In this document: positions 36,161-46,522 of the stretch, one piece after another
How the letters are laid out: each line of letters begins with the position of its first letter
Position numbering within the stretch: the stretch's first letter is position 1
Origin: Myxococcota bacterium
GTDB taxonomy: Bacteria > Myxococcota_A > UBA9160 > UBA4427
DNA length: 64,000 nucleotides
NCBI GenBank assembly: GCA_036336835.1
Contig: JAYZFK010000046.1
Location: 32,001 to 96,000 of the forward strand
Reading direction: 5' to 3'
The notes under the pieces: generated by a model
The model's database searches: none
What the model saw: the letters and a program-made list of their open reading frames with translations, nothing else
Told to the model about the DNA's origin: nothing
Translations under genes and position numbers: made by a program

Positions 36161-37588
36161 ATGAGCATCAGTGACTACGAGAGCTACGACGCAGTCGGCC
36201 TGGCCGAGCTCGTTCGCAACGGCGATACAAAGCCAGAGGAGCTGCTCGAGACGGCGGTCGCGCTCAGTGAAGAGCGCAATCCGAAGCTGAACGCGATCGT
36301 GATCCCGATGGTCGACGAGGCGCGGGCGGCGATCGACGCCGGCCTGCCCGACGGACCGCTGCGCGGTGTCCCCTATCTGCTGAAGGATCTCCACCTGCTC
36401 TACTCGGGCGTGCGCACCACCAATGGCTGCGCGCTGTTCGCCGACAACGTCGCCGACCACGACAGCGAGTTCGTCAGCCGCTACAAGCAGGCCGGACTGG
36501 TGGTGTTCGGCAAGACGGCATCTCCGGAGTTCGGGCTCAGCACGACCACCGAGTCGAAACTGTTCGGCGTGACGAACAACCCCTGGAAGGAGGGCTTCAC
36601 CGCGGGCGGCTCGTCGGGCGGCTCGGCTTCGGCGGTGGCGTCCGGGATCGTTCCGGCGGCCAACGCAAGCGACGGCGGCGGATCGATCCGCATCCCCGCT
36701 TCGTGCTGCGGACTGTTCGGCCTCAAGCCCTCGCGCGGACGCATTCCGTTCGGTCCCGATTCAGGCGAGGGCTGGAACGGCATGAGCTCGATTCACGCAG
36801 TCACGCGCTCGGTGCGCGACAGTGCCGCGCTGCTCGACGCGGTGTGCGCTCCCGAGCGCGGCGCTCCCTACGCCGCGCCGCCGCAAGCGAGACCCTACCT
36901 CGAAGAAGTCGGCGCGAGCGTCGGCAAGCTGCGAATCGCCGTGCAGACCGAGTCCTTCAACGGCGTGGACGTCCACTCCGACTGCACCCTGGCCTCCGAG
37001 CAAACCGCCGACCTGTGCAGGGGTCTCGGTCACGAGGTCGTGCCCGCGCGCCTCGAGGTCGACTGGCAGCCGCTCGGCGATGCGACGCGCATCGTGATCG
37101 CCGCGCATTTGCGTGCGACCCTCGACGCTCGCGCCGAACAGCTCGGCCGTGAGCTCGTTCAGGACGACGTCGAGAGCATGGCCTGGTTCATGGCAAAGAG
37201 CATCGTGGAGCGCGGCGCCAACGAGTACGCCAAGTCGGTCAAGTTGATCCACCAGACGACGCGCAGTGTCGAAGGCTTCCTCGAGGACTTCGATGTGCTG
37301 CTGACGCCGACCATGGCGACGCCGCCCTCGGAGCTCGGGAAGCTCTCGCTGAGCAACCCCGATATAGAGGAGTTCATCACCAGCCTGGCAGAGAGCACGG
37401 GGTTCACGCAGCTGCTCAACGCCTCCGGTCACCCCTCGGCCTCCGTGCCCCTACACTGGAACGAGCAGGGGCTGCCCATCGGAGTCCAGATCACGGGGCG
37501 ATTCGGCGACGAGGCGACGCTGTTCCGGCTCGGGGCACAACTCGAGCAGACGCAGCCCTGGTTCGACCGGCGCGCCCCGCTCTGGTAG
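36161..37588 (+). CDS. amidase signature family protein
   Basis: Motifs [34 protein letters not shown]. Confidence 0.95.
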   Translation: MSISDYESYDAVGLAELVRNGDTKPEELLETAVALSEERNPKLNAIVIPMVDEARAAIDAGLPDGPLRGVPYLLKDLHLLYSGVRTTNGCALFADNVADHDSEFVSRYKQAGLVVFGKTASPEFGLSTTTESKLFGVTNNPWKEGFTAGGSSGGSASAVASGIVPAANASDGGGSIRIPASCCGLFGLKPSRGRIPFGPDSGEGWNGMSSIHAVTRSVRDSAALLDAVCAPERGAPYAAPPQARPYLEEVGASVGKLRIAVQTESFNGVDVHSDCTLASEQTADLCRGLGHEVVPARLEVDWQPLGDATRIVIAAHLRATLDARAEQLGRELVQDDVESMAWFMAKSIVERGANEYAKSVKLIHQTTRSVEGFLEDFDVLLTPTMATPPSELGKLSLSNPDIEEFITSLAESTGFTQLLNASGHPSASVPLHWNEQGLPIGVQITGRFGDEATLFRLGAQLEQTQPWFDRRAPLW

Positions 37589-37703
37589 GCGTCGCCGGAG
37601 ATCCGCAGTCGGGCCCTCGGTCCAGACTCCCAATTCGCGCCGGGCCAGGTATGCTTGCCGATCTTCACGCCCGACTACCCGAAGAGAATCAGCGGAGGAT
37701 TTC

Positions 37704-38900
37704 ATGGCTCGCGAAGCCGTCATCATCGAGAGCAAGCGCAGCGCATTGACCAAGGCCCACCGCGGCTCATTCAACATCACGTCGCCCGTCGACTACCTGG
37801 CGCACAGCATCCGCGAGACGGTGAGCGCGGCCGGTGGACTCGATCCGGCCGAGATCGCGGACTGCATCGTCGGCTGCGGACACCCCGAGGGCGTGATGGG
37901 CATGAACATGGCGCGCATCGCCGCGATGGCCGCCGACCTGCCCGTGAGCGTTCCCGGAACGACGGTCAATCGCTTCTGCTCGTCGGGCTCGCAGGCCGTC
38001 GCGATGGCCGCCCACCTGATCATCAACGAGGGCGCAGACGCAGCGGTCGGCGCGGGCGTCGAGACCATCACGATGATGCAGGATGGCACGCAGAACACCG
38101 CGCGTATGGTCAACGAGCCGGCACGCAAACGCTTTCCGGGCCTCTACTTTCCCATGGGTATCACCGCCGAGATCGTGGCCGAGCGCTATGGCGTCTCGCG
38201 CGAGGCCCAGGACGAGTACGCGTTCAAGAGCCAACAGCGCACGGCGAACGCCCAGCAGAAGGGCTGGATCGCCGAAGAGATCGCACCGATGAAGACCACC
38301 CGAAAGGTGATCGTCAAGGACGGCGACGATTACGAAGAGGAGTGCGTCGTCGAGCAGGACGAATGCAACCGTCCGAATACCACCCTCGAAGGCCTGCAGA
38401 AGCTGGCGCCGGTGTTCAAGAAGCCCGAGGACGGCGGCACGGTCACTGCCGGCAACGCCTCTCAGCTGTCGGACGGCGCGGCGGCCTGCCTGCTGATGTC
38501 GGCCGAGCGCGCGAAGCAGCTGAACCTCGAGCCGCTGGGCATCTACCGCGGCACCGCGATCGCTGGTTGCGAGCCCGACGAGATGGGGATCGGACCGATT
38601 TATGCGGTGCCGAAGCTGCTCAAGGCGCATGGGCTCACGATGAACGACATCGACGTCGTCGAGCTCAACGAGGCGTTCGCTTCGCAGACGGTGCAGGTGC
38701 AGCGCGTGCTCGACATCCCGGACGAGAAGCTCAACCCGAACGGCGGCTCGATCTCGATCGGCCACCCGTTCGGCATGACCGGGGCTCGCTTGACCGGCGC
38801 CCTGTTGCGCGAGCTCAAGCGTCGCGGCGGCCGGTACGGGCTCGTCACCATGTGCGTCGGCGGCGGTCAGGGCTTCGCGTCGCTGTTCGAGGCCGCATAG
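37704..38900 (+). CDS. acetyl-CoA C-acyltransferase (thiolase)
   Basis: Motifs NRFCSSG, ELNEAF, GHPFGMTG, MCVGGG. Confidence 0.95.
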   Translation: MAREAVIIESKRSALTKAHRGSFNITSPVDYLAHSIRETVSAAGGLDPAEIADCIVGCGHPEGVMGMNMARIAAMAADLPVSVPGTTVNRFCSSGSQAVAMAAHLIINEGADAAVGAGVETITMMQDGTQNTARMVNEPARKRFPGLYFPMGITAEIVAERYGVSREAQDEYAFKSQQRTANAQQKGWIAEEIAPMKTTRKVIVKDGDDYEEECVVEQDECNRPNTTLEGLQKLAPVFKKPEDGGTVTAGNASQLSDGAAACLLMSAERAKQLNLEPLGIYRGTAIAGCEPDEMGIGPIYAVPKLLKAHGLTMNDIDVVELNEAFASQTVQVQRVLDIPDEKLNPNGGSISIGHPFGMTGARLTGALLRELKRRGGRYGLVTMCVGGGQGFASLFEAA

Positions 38901-38907
38901 GCCCGCG

Positions 38908-39432
38908 GTGCCTCGCAAACGAGGCGGCACGCCCCCCGACACGGCCGACGTCGATCGACGTCGGCTGGAGGAGCTCGAGCTTGGCCTCGATCAGGCGCGC
39001 AAGCGCCAATCGAACCTGCCAGCTCTGCGCGAGAGGCGCGAGCCTCGCGCCCCGGCCTATCACCCCGCCGATGAGCACCAGAGCGTCTTCGCGCTGCTCG
39101 GGGGGTCGACGCGCAAGGGCAGCTGGGAGCCCGCGGCGCGTGTCGACTGCACCGCGATCATGGGGGGCGTCAACCTCGATCTGCGCGAAGCCGACCTGAT
39201 CGATGGCACCACGACGATCCGTTGTTTCGCGTTCTGGGGCGGGATCAACATCATCGTACCGCCGGACGTCGACGTCGATGCGGATGGCACCGGCATCCTC
39301 GGCGGTTTCGAACACATCGGCCACCGAGCTCCGGACGGCGACGTTCCCCTCGTGCGCGTCGAGGGTGTCGCGCTGATGGGCGGCGTCGCCATTCGGGTCA
39401 AGGAACGCAAGAAGCCCAAGCGCCGGCGGTGA
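38908..39432 (+). CDS. LiaF C-terminal-like domain protein (beta-rich, as seen in DUF1707-containing proteins)
   Basis: Repeated pattern MGGVNLDLREA, FWGGINIIVP, ILGGF, MGGVAI. Confidence 0.7.
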   Translation: MPRKRGGTPPDTADVDRRRLEELELGLDQARKRQSNLPALRERREPRAPAYHPADEHQSVFALLGGSTRKGSWEPAARVDCTAIMGGVNLDLREADLIDGTTTIRCFAFWGGINIIVPPDVDVDADGTGILGGFEHIGHRAPDGDVPLVRVEGVALMGGVAIRVKERKKPKRRR

Positions 39433-39469
39433 TGCGGGGCGCACTGCGCCTCCCCGGGAGCCCGCGCGC

Positions 39470-39859
39470 TCAGTGGATCGCAGTCGGCTCGAGCAACTCG
39501 AAGCGCGCGATCCGTGCGCGGAACTGCGATTCGTCCTCGAGCACCATCTCGTAGCTGCCTTCCATCGAGCCGAAGGGCGTCGAGAGCGGACAGCCGGACG
39601 TGTATTGGAATGCCTCGCCAGGCGCCAGAACCGGCTGCTCGCCAACGACCCCGGGGCCGCGCACCTCCTCCTGCTTCCCGGTCGCGTCGGTAATGATCCA
39701 GTGGCGCGACAGCAGCTGGGCGGTTTGATCGCTCTCGTTCGAGATCGTGATCGTGTACAGGAAGAACCAGCGGCTGTGCTCAGGAACCGAGTGCTCCTCC
39801 GAGTATCGAGCCTCGACACCGACGCAGATCCCGTTCGTGACGCACTCTGACGTGAACAA
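39470..39859 (-). CDS. apaG: ApaG protein
   Basis: Motifs YTITISN, QLLSRHWIITD, GPGVVGEQP, YTSGCPL.TP.GSMEG. Confidence 0.95.
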   Translation of the reverse strand: MFTSECVTNGICVGVEARYSEEHSVPEHSRWFFLYTITISNESDQTAQLLSRHWIITDATGKQEEVRGPGVVGEQPVLAPGEAFQYTSGCPLSTPFGSMEGSYEMVLEDESQFRARIARFELLEPTAIH

Positions 39860-39902
39860 GGAACCCTCCCGGTCAGACGCTAGCGTTGCACACCGGCCGC
39901 GC

Positions 39903-40388
39903 TCAGAGCAGCCCTTCGATCGCGGCGATCAGCTCTTTGGACTGTGGCTCGCTCGCGGGCTCGAAACGGCCGACGAGCTCTCCGTCCCGGTCGACCAGGA
40001 ACTTGCCGAAATTCCACTTCACGTCGCCCGCACCTTCGGGACCGACATCCTGACTGGTGAGCCACGCGTACAACGGATCGGCGCCGTCTCCATTGACATC
40101 CAACTTCGAGAACAACGGGAATCGCACATCGTACTGAGTCGAGCAGAACTCCGCGATCTCGGCGTCGCTCCCCGGCTCCTGGCCCGCGAACTGGTTGCAC
40201 GGAATCCCGAGAATCTCGAGCCCCCGGCCGGAGTACAGCTCGTAGAGACGCTGCAAGCCGTCATACTGCGGCGTGAGCCCGCACTTCGAGGCAACATTGA
40301 CCACCAGCACGGCCTTGCCGTCGTAATCCGCCAGCGGTCTGTCCTCGCCACCGATGGCGCGCAGAGTGAAATCCTGAAGCTTCGGCAT
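39903..40388 (-). CDS. glutathione peroxidase (Cys-type)
   Basis: Motifs NVASKCGLTPQY, PCNQF.GQEP, WNFGKFLV. Confidence 0.95.
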   Translation of the reverse strand: MPKLQDFTLRAIGGEDRPLADYDGKAVLVVNVASKCGLTPQYDGLQRLYELYSGRGLEILGIPCNQFAGQEPGSDAEIAEFCSTQYDVRFPLFSKLDVNGDGADPLYAWLTSQDVGPEGAGDVKWNFGKFLVDRDGELVGRFEPASEPQSKELIAAIEGLL

Positions 40389-40418
40389 GGGAACCTCCGA
40401 TGGCGGTGAGATGATCGT

Positions 40419-41120
40419 TTAGTGCGCCCGCGTGTTGTTTGCAAGCTCGCGACGCGCGCGGGGAGCAAGCCTCTCGACGACGCGCTCGAGGGCGCGGAAG
40501 AATCCCACGTGATCCAGGAGTGGATTGAGCCAGCCGGTCGTGACGCAGTAGACGCGATCGTGTGCACCGCAGTGATGCCGCGCGTGGTGCGCGGGGCTCA
40601 GGATCCAGCCGCGTCGCTGCAGCGCTCCCACCCATCTCGGCACGCGCTCGGCGTGGGCCCACTGATGGAAGAGGTTGGTCAGCGCGACCCCGAGCGTCGA
40701 CAGCAGCAGCAGCGCCACGAGCCACTGAGCCGGCGCAGTCGCCAGGTCCAACGTCCCGGCGAGGGCCAGGATCGGTAGACATGCGAAGCAGTTCTGCCCG
40801 CTGACCTCGGCGGCGCTGCGCTCCGCCATGTCCCCCGGTGCCGCGTGGTGGTCGCGAAATGACTTGATCACCGCAGGCCCGATCCACGGCGTGTCCGGAT
40901 CGAAGAACGTGTCGGCGAACCAGTGGAACAGTCCCGCGGCGAGCTCGACGGCGAGCAGGGCCGGCACCGCGAGCAGCAGCAGACACAGCCCCGTCCGGAA
41001 CGGACCCGCGGCGGTGACCAGAGCGCCGAACAGCACCCACCAGCTCGCCAGGAACAGAGCAATCGAGACGACATCGAAGATCGCGCCGCCGCGGCTGCGC
41101 GGCTCGGGTTCCTGTGTCAC
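40419..41120 (-). CDS. CarF/TMEM189/FAD4-family lipid desaturase
   Basis: His clusters HWFAD, FRDHH, FHQWAH, HHARHH, plus YCVTTGWLN. Four TM segments. Confidence 0.88.
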   Translation of the reverse strand: MTQEPEPRSRGGAIFDVVSIALFLASWWVLFGALVTAAGPFRTGLCLLLLAVPALLAVELAAGLFHWFADTFFDPDTPWIGPAVIKSFRDHHAAPGDMAERSAAEVSGQNCFACLPILALAGTLDLATAPAQWLVALLLLSTLGVALTNLFHQWAHAERVPRWVGALQRRGWILSPAHHARHHCGAHDRVYCVTTGWLNPLLDHVGFFRALERVVERLAPRARRELANNTRAH

Positions 41121-41252
41121 ACGCCCTCCTCGCCCTCAGAGCACGTTGCCCAAACGTACCATGTGGACGTCCGGGGTGACTCACAGTCCCTCTGGCCGCG
41201 CCCAGTGCCGCGCAGGTATGCTGCCTCGTCCGCTCGTCCGGAGGACCCGCAG

Positions 41253-42434
41253 ATGAACATGACCCTCGCCCCCGAGCACGTGGCATTTCGCGAAGAGGTG
41301 CGCGAGTTCCTCGCGGCAATGCCGCCCGGTCTCGCCAAGAAGGCACGCGACGCCTACTACTTCGACGCCGACGAGACCATGGAGTGGCATCGCCTCCTCT
41401 ACGAGAAGGGATGGATCGCGCCCAACTGGCCCGAGGAGCACGGGGGCACGGGATGGGACGTCACGCGGCGCTTCACCTTCGCCGAGGAGCTCGCGCGTGC
41501 CAACACACCCGAGCTCTCGCCCTTCGGTCTGATCATGGTCGGCCCCCTGCTGATCGAATTCGGCACGGACGAACAAAAGAAGCGCTTCCTGCCGAAGATC
41601 CTGTCGGGTGAAGACATCTGGTGCCAGGGCTACTCGGAGCCGAACGCGGGCTCGGATCTCGCGGCGCTGCAGCTACGCGCCGACAAGGACGGCGACGATT
41701 ACCTGCTCAACGGCCAGAAGACATGGACCACCAACGCCCAGTACGCGAACTGGATCTTCGTGCTCGCACGCACCAGCACCGAAGGCCGAAAGCAGGAGGG
41801 AATCTCGTTCCTGCTGGCCGACCTCCTCAACACCGATGGAATCGAGGTCAAGCCATTCCTGACGACCGGCGGGACGATGGCCTTCTCCGAGACGTGGTTC
41901 AAGGACGCCCGCGTCCCACAGGCCAATCGCGTCGGACCGGAGAACGGCGGCTGGACGATGGCCAAAGCCCTGCTGGGACACGAGCGCACCGCGATCGGAG
42001 GCATCTCCGAATCGTTCGGCTGGCTGCTGCACGTGAAGCGAATTGCGGCGAAGACCCCGGTCGGTAAGGGCAATCTGCTCGACGACGCGGTATTCCGCGC
42101 GCGCATCGCAGAGGTGGAGATGCGACTGCGCGCCGTGACGATGGCGCAGAACCGAACACTCGCCGACGCGCAGCTCGGACGCGCACCCGGCCCCGAGAGC
42201 TCGATCCTGAAGCTCGTCGGCACCGAGACCTATCAGGAGATCACGGAGCTTGCGATGGACGCGATGGGGCATGATGCCATCGGCTGGAAGGACGCACCGG
42301 CGGAGGTGTTGCCGGCGCACGAGAAGTGGATCGCAGCGCGCTTCAACTACCTGCGCGCTTGCACGATCTATGGCGGTAGCAACGAGATCCAGCGCAACGT
42401 GATCGCCAAGCACATCCTCGGCCTGCCGAGCTGA
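41253..42434 (+). CDS. acyl-CoA dehydrogenase (PimC-like large subunit)
   Basis: Motifs WCQGYSEPNAGSDL, NGQKTWTT, LLGHER, IYGGSNEIQRN. Confidence 0.93.
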   Translation: MNMTLAPEHVAFREEVREFLAAMPPGLAKKARDAYYFDADETMEWHRLLYEKGWIAPNWPEEHGGTGWDVTRRFTFAEELARANTPELSPFGLIMVGPLLIEFGTDEQKKRFLPKILSGEDIWCQGYSEPNAGSDLAALQLRADKDGDDYLLNGQKTWTTNAQYANWIFVLARTSTEGRKQEGISFLLADLLNTDGIEVKPFLTTGGTMAFSETWFKDARVPQANRVGPENGGWTMAKALLGHERTAIGGISESFGWLLHVKRIAAKTPVGKGNLLDDAVFRARIAEVEMRLRAVTMAQNRTLADAQLGRAPGPESSILKLVGTETYQEITELAMDAMGHDAIGWKDAPAEVLPAHEKWIAARFNYLRACTIYGGSNEIQRNVIAKHILGLPS

Positions 42435-42448
42435 CTGAGAGGCCCGCC

Positions 42449-43612
42449 GTGAACTTCGATCTCAGCGAAGAGCAGCAGATGGTCGTCGATACGGTGGCCA
42501 AGTGGGTCGAGGTGCAGTCGCCCGTAAAGCGCTTCCGCAAGCTGCGCGAGGCCGACCAAGGCTGGGAACCGGACATCTGGCGCGCAATGGGCGAATACGG
42601 CTGGCTGGGCGTGTGCTACCCGGAGGAGCGGGGCGGCTTCGGTGGCAACTTCGTCGATGCAGCGCTGATTCTCGAGCAGCTCGGCCGCGGGCTGGTTCCC
42701 GAGCCCTTCATTCCATCCGTAGCCCTTGCGGGCGGTCTGCTGGAACGACTCGGCACCGGCGAGCAGCACGAACGCTTCCTGACACCGATGCTCGATGGAA
42801 TGACCTCGCTCGCACTCGCCTATGCGGAGCGCCAGAGCCGCTATCAGCTGAACGACTGCCTGACCACCGCGCACCCGAAGGGCGGCGACTACATGCTCGT
42901 CGGCGAGAAGACGTGGGTGCTCAACGGCCATGCTGCCGACCAGATCGTGGTGGTCGCCCGCACCGGCGGCGATCAGCTCGACGAGAACGGTCTCTCGCTC
43001 TTCATCGTCGACGCCGACACTCCCAACCTGAGGCGGGTCGAGGCCAAGGGGATGGATGGCCAAACTACGGCGCTGCTTCGCTTCGAGGGCGTCGAGGTCC
43101 CGCGCGAACGTCTGCTTGGCGAGCTCGACGCGGCTCTGCCGGACCTCGAGTGGGCCATCGACCGCGGGGCCGCAGCCGCGTGCGCGGAAGGTCAGGGCTG
43201 CGTGCAGGAGCTGTTCGATCGCACGGTCTCCTATCTGAAGACTCGCAAGCAGTTCGACGTCCCGATCGGCAGGTTCCAGGCGCTGCAGCACCGCGCGGCG
43301 GACATGTTTACCGAGACCGAACTCTGCCGGTCGACGGCGCTGCTGGCCGCGATCCAGGTCGACAGCGACGACATAGAGACCCGCAAGGCCGAGGTCTCGG
43401 CGGCCAAGCTCCAGCTCACACGCGGCGGCTGGTACGTCCAGGAGAACGCGATCCAGCTCTTCGGCGGCATCGCGATCACGGACGAGCAAGATGAAGGCCT
43501 GTTCTTCAAGCGGCTCCGGGTCCTGCAGGGGCTTTTCGGCGATGCCGACCATCACATCGCGCGCTTCCAGCAGCTCGAACGTTTCGACGCGCCCATCCGT
43601 TCCGAGGTTTGA
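42449..43612 (+). CDS. acyl-CoA dehydrogenase (PimD-like partner subunit)
   Basis: Motifs RKQFDVPIGRFQALQHR and QLFGGIAITDE. Confidence 0.92.
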   Translation: MNFDLSEEQQMVVDTVAKWVEVQSPVKRFRKLREADQGWEPDIWRAMGEYGWLGVCYPEERGGFGGNFVDAALILEQLGRGLVPEPFIPSVALAGGLLERLGTGEQHERFLTPMLDGMTSLALAYAERQSRYQLNDCLTTAHPKGGDYMLVGEKTWVLNGHAADQIVVVARTGGDQLDENGLSLFIVDADTPNLRRVEAKGMDGQTTALLRFEGVEVPRERLLGELDAALPDLEWAIDRGAAAACAEGQGCVQELFDRTVSYLKTRKQFDVPIGRFQALQHRAADMFTETELCRSTALLAAIQVDSDDIETRKAEVSAAKLQLTRGGWYVQENAIQLFGGIAITDEQDEGLFFKRLRVLQGLFGDADHHIARFQQLERFDAPIRSEV

Positions 43613-43652
43613 GGCTCGAAGCCCAGGCCCATCACCGGAGGCTGTCCACGCC

Positions 43653-44132
43653 ATGCCCAGCAACGCCGAAAAAGCCCTCGCCGTATTCCAGAAAGGGATC
43701 GGAAACGAAGAAGGGCCGACCGACTGGCACGAGATCACCCAGGAGCAGGTGAACGGCTTCGCCGATGCCACGCTCGATCACCAGTTCATTCACGTAGATC
43801 CCGAGCGCGCCGCCCAGACGCCCTTCGGCGGACCGATCGCACACGGCTTCCTGACCCTGTCGCTGACGGCCGGCCTGTCGATGCGCATGAAGCCCAACCC
43901 CGAGGCGATCCAGGGCATGGCCATGGCCATCAACTACGGCCTCGACAAGGTGCGCTTCATCAACCCGGTCCCTGTCGGCAAGCGCGTGCGCCTGACTCGC
44001 AAGCTGGTAGGTGCCGATCTGGTGGCCGGCGGCGCGGCCGTTCAGCTCAAGCACGAAACCACCGTCCACATCGAGAACGAGAGCAAGCCCGCCTGCGTCG
44101 CCGAGACGCTCACGCGCTTCGTCTACACCTGA
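43653..44132 (+). CDS. MaoC family dehydratase
   Basis: Motifs FADATLDHQFIHVD, IAHGFLTLSL, NYGLDKVRF. Confidence 0.93.
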   Translation: MPSNAEKALAVFQKGIGNEEGPTDWHEITQEQVNGFADATLDHQFIHVDPERAAQTPFGGPIAHGFLTLSLTAGLSMRMKPNPEAIQGMAMAINYGLDKVRFINPVPVGKRVRLTRKLVGADLVAGGAAVQLKHETTVHIENESKPACVAETLTRFVYT

Positions 44133-44134
44133 GC

Positions 44135-44812
44135 ATGACCCGCATCCACTACGAAGCCCGCGACAATGTCGCGCAGCTGCGCTGGGACGACGGCAAGGCG
44201 AACGCGATGTCAATGGATACACTCGCCGAGCTGAACGACGCGATCGACCGCGCCGAGAAGGAAGCGGCCCAGGCGCTACTGCTGAGCGGACGGCCCGGAG
44301 TCTTCTGCGCGGGCTTCGACCTCAAGGCGCTCGGGGTCGGTGGCGACGAGACCCGCGCGCTCGTACGCGGCGGTGCCGAGCTGCTCGTTCGCCTCTACGG
44401 CCTGTCTATCCCTGTGGCAGTCGCGTGCACGGGCCACTCGCTGGGACTGGGCGCGCTACTGCTGCTGGCAGCCGACCTTCGCTTCGGAGCACCCGGTCCA
44501 CACAGGATCGGGCTCAACGAGGTCGCGATCTCCCTCCCACTCCCGACGTTCGGCGTCGAACTCGCCGCGGCTCGGCTGTCGCGCCGCCACTTGACGCGCT
44601 CGACACAGCTGGCCGAGATCTACGATCCCGAGGGTGCGGTCGACGCGGGCTTCCTCGACCGGGTCTGCGCCGAAGGCACGCTGCACGATCAGATCGCTGC
44701 CGAGGCAACGCGCCTGGCAGGGCAGGGCGGCAAGGCCTTCGCGATCACCAAGCAGCGACTGCGTGAGGCCACGATCGAACGCATCCGAGCTTCGTTGGAA
44801 GGCGAGTTCTGA
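44135..44812 (+). CDS. crotonase/enoyl-CoA hydratase family protein
   Basis: Motifs DDGKANA, FCAGFDL, ACTGH, IGLNEVAI. Confidence 0.9.
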   Translation: MTRIHYEARDNVAQLRWDDGKANAMSMDTLAELNDAIDRAEKEAAQALLLSGRPGVFCAGFDLKALGVGGDETRALVRGGAELLVRLYGLSIPVAVACTGHSLGLGALLLLAADLRFGAPGPHRIGLNEVAISLPLPTFGVELAAARLSRRHLTRSTQLAEIYDPEGAVDAGFLDRVCAEGTLHDQIAAEATRLAGQGGKAFAITKQRLREATIERIRASLEGEF

Positions 44813-44840
44813 CGACTCGGCGCTGGGAGCGCGCAGGCAC

Positions 44841-45605
44841 ATGGGAACCGCAGTGGTTACGGGCGCCGCATCGGGGATCGGGCGCAGCGTACGCGAGCAG
44901 CTCGAGGCTCGGGGTGACCGGGTAATCGGCGTCGATCTGAGCGGGGTCGAGATCAACGTCGACTTGTCCAAGCCGGCGGGGCGCCGCAAGGCCGTCGACC
45001 AGGCGCTCTCGCAGTCGGACGGCACCATCGACCGTCTGGTCGTGGCAGCGGGCGTGGGCGGCCACGTGCGCGACGGCGCACTCGTGGCGGCGGTCAACTA
45101 CTTCGGTGCAGTCGACGTCCTCGACGGACTCCGGCCGGCGCTCGAGGGCCGCGACCAGGCCGCGGCAGTGGCGGTGTGCTCGAACTCGGCGCAGCTTGGC
45201 GATCCCGAGCACCACCCGATCGTGGCGAAGCTGCTCGAGCACGACGAGGCCGCTGCGCTCGAGGAGATCGGCAGCACACCCGGCTCCATGGTGTACGGGC
45301 TATCGAAGCACGCGCTGTCCCGCGCGGTCCGCAGGCGCGCGGCCGAGTGGGGTGCCGCCGGCGTGCGCCTCAACGGCATCGCGCCGGGACAGACGCAGAC
45401 ACCACTGTTCGAGGGCTCCGCGAAGCACCCCGTCCTCGGCAAGTTCGTCGACGACATGCCGATCCCGCTCGGTCGCAGGGCCACTCCGGAAGAGATGGCC
45501 GGCATCATCGTGTTCCTGCTGAGTGAGGCCGCCTCGTATTTCCACGGAAGCATCGTGTGGGCGGACGGAGGCACCGACGCGGTGCTTCGACCAGACGGCT
45601 TCTGA
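44841..45605 (+). CDS. SDR oxidoreductase, 3-alpha-hydroxysteroid dehydrogenase-like
   Basis: Motifs TGAASGIG, VNYFG, YGLSK, WGAAGVRLN.IAPG, DGGTDA. Confidence 0.88.
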   Translation: MGTAVVTGAASGIGRSVREQLEARGDRVIGVDLSGVEINVDLSKPAGRRKAVDQALSQSDGTIDRLVVAAGVGGHVRDGALVAAVNYFGAVDVLDGLRPALEGRDQAAAVAVCSNSAQLGDPEHHPIVAKLLEHDEAAALEEIGSTPGSMVYGLSKHALSRAVRRRAAEWGAAGVRLNGIAPGQTQTPLFEGSAKHPVLGKFVDDMPIPLGRRATPEEMAGIIVFLLSEAASYFHGSIVWADGGTDAVLRPDGF

Positions 45606-45611
45606 GCCGCC

Positions 45612-46454
45612 CTACTCCGCTCGCGCGATTCGCCCGAACTGGCGCTTGTACTCCAGGTGAGTCCAGAACTGGAAGTACTCCGAGACGTCGACCGGATCGA
45701 GCCTCGCGTAGTCTCCCTCGGGGCCGCTGGCGCCGAGGGCCGTGCCGCCAGCCATCAGCGCGAAGCCGGTTCGCAGAACGAGGTCGTTGGGTGTGAAGTA
45801 GAGCGTGGTGCGCGATCGCGCGAGTGACCCGAGCCGCGCGGCGACGGTGTCCTCGAGACACGCCGGAGCACACAGATGGACACTGTCCGGCCGCTGCGAG
45901 GCCGGGAGCGCACTGATCGCCTCGATCGCGTGGCGGCAGCCGAGCGAATGCGCCACCACCCGCACGCCGCCGTGCTGTGCGCGCAGCTCCGCGAGCACGC
46001 CGGCGAACGTCTCGGCGCGCTCGTCCGCGGCTCGCTCTGCGGCCCGGTACTCACTCGCAAAGCGCAGCGCGAGCCGAGCGATCTCCTCTCCCGCCGTCAG
46101 TGCGAGGGTGGCGGGGACGTTTACGCGCCGCGCGCGCGATATCAGACCGTAGACGTCCCACGCGATCTTGACCGCAGAGGCGAACGGAATCGGCGGGCGG
46201 CCGACATTACCGGACGGCCAGCAGTAGCCGACCGCGTGCGAACTCCAGCCGTGGCGCTGGGCCGCGGCGCGGTGGCTGTCGAGCCAGGCGTCGAAGTGAT
46301 CCGGCTCCTCGCCGCGACCCAGGAAGCCCTTGACGTAGACGGTGACTTCGTCCGACTCCCCGGCTTCCGGGGTCAGACGGACGAGCCGAGCCATCCGGTC
46401 GCGTTGCTCGGCCGAGGCGATCTCCTCTCGACGATGATTCGTGCCGGCGCACAC
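45612..46454 (-). CDS. alpha/beta-hydrolase fold protein (DUF726/DUF900-like)
   Basis: Nucleophile elbow AHSLG, late D (NDLVL) and H (THLEY). Start is 46454 or 46394. Confidence 0.7.
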   Translation of the reverse strand: MCAGTNHRREEIASAEQRDRMARLVRLTPEAGESDEVTVYVKGFLGRGEEPDHFDAWLDSHRAAAQRHGWSSHAVGYCWPSGNVGRPPIPFASAVKIAWDVYGLISRARRVNVPATLALTAGEEIARLALRFASEYRAAERAADERAETFAGVLAELRAQHGGVRVVAHSLGCRHAIEAISALPASQRPDSVHLCAPACLEDTVAARLGSLARSRTTLYFTPNDLVLRTGFALMAGGTALGASGPEGDYARLDPVDVSEYFQFWTHLEYKRQFGRIARAE

Positions 46455-46522
46455 CCCGGCAAGCCTATCCCAGACGTAGTCTCCGGCGGTAGGATGTGAC
46501 AGCGAGGTCGAAGGGAGATGGT

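Noticed and set aside
39903..40388. Glutathione peroxidase as a second selenoprotein
   Set aside because: The active-site codon is Cys (SKCG) and the ORF is uninterrupted.
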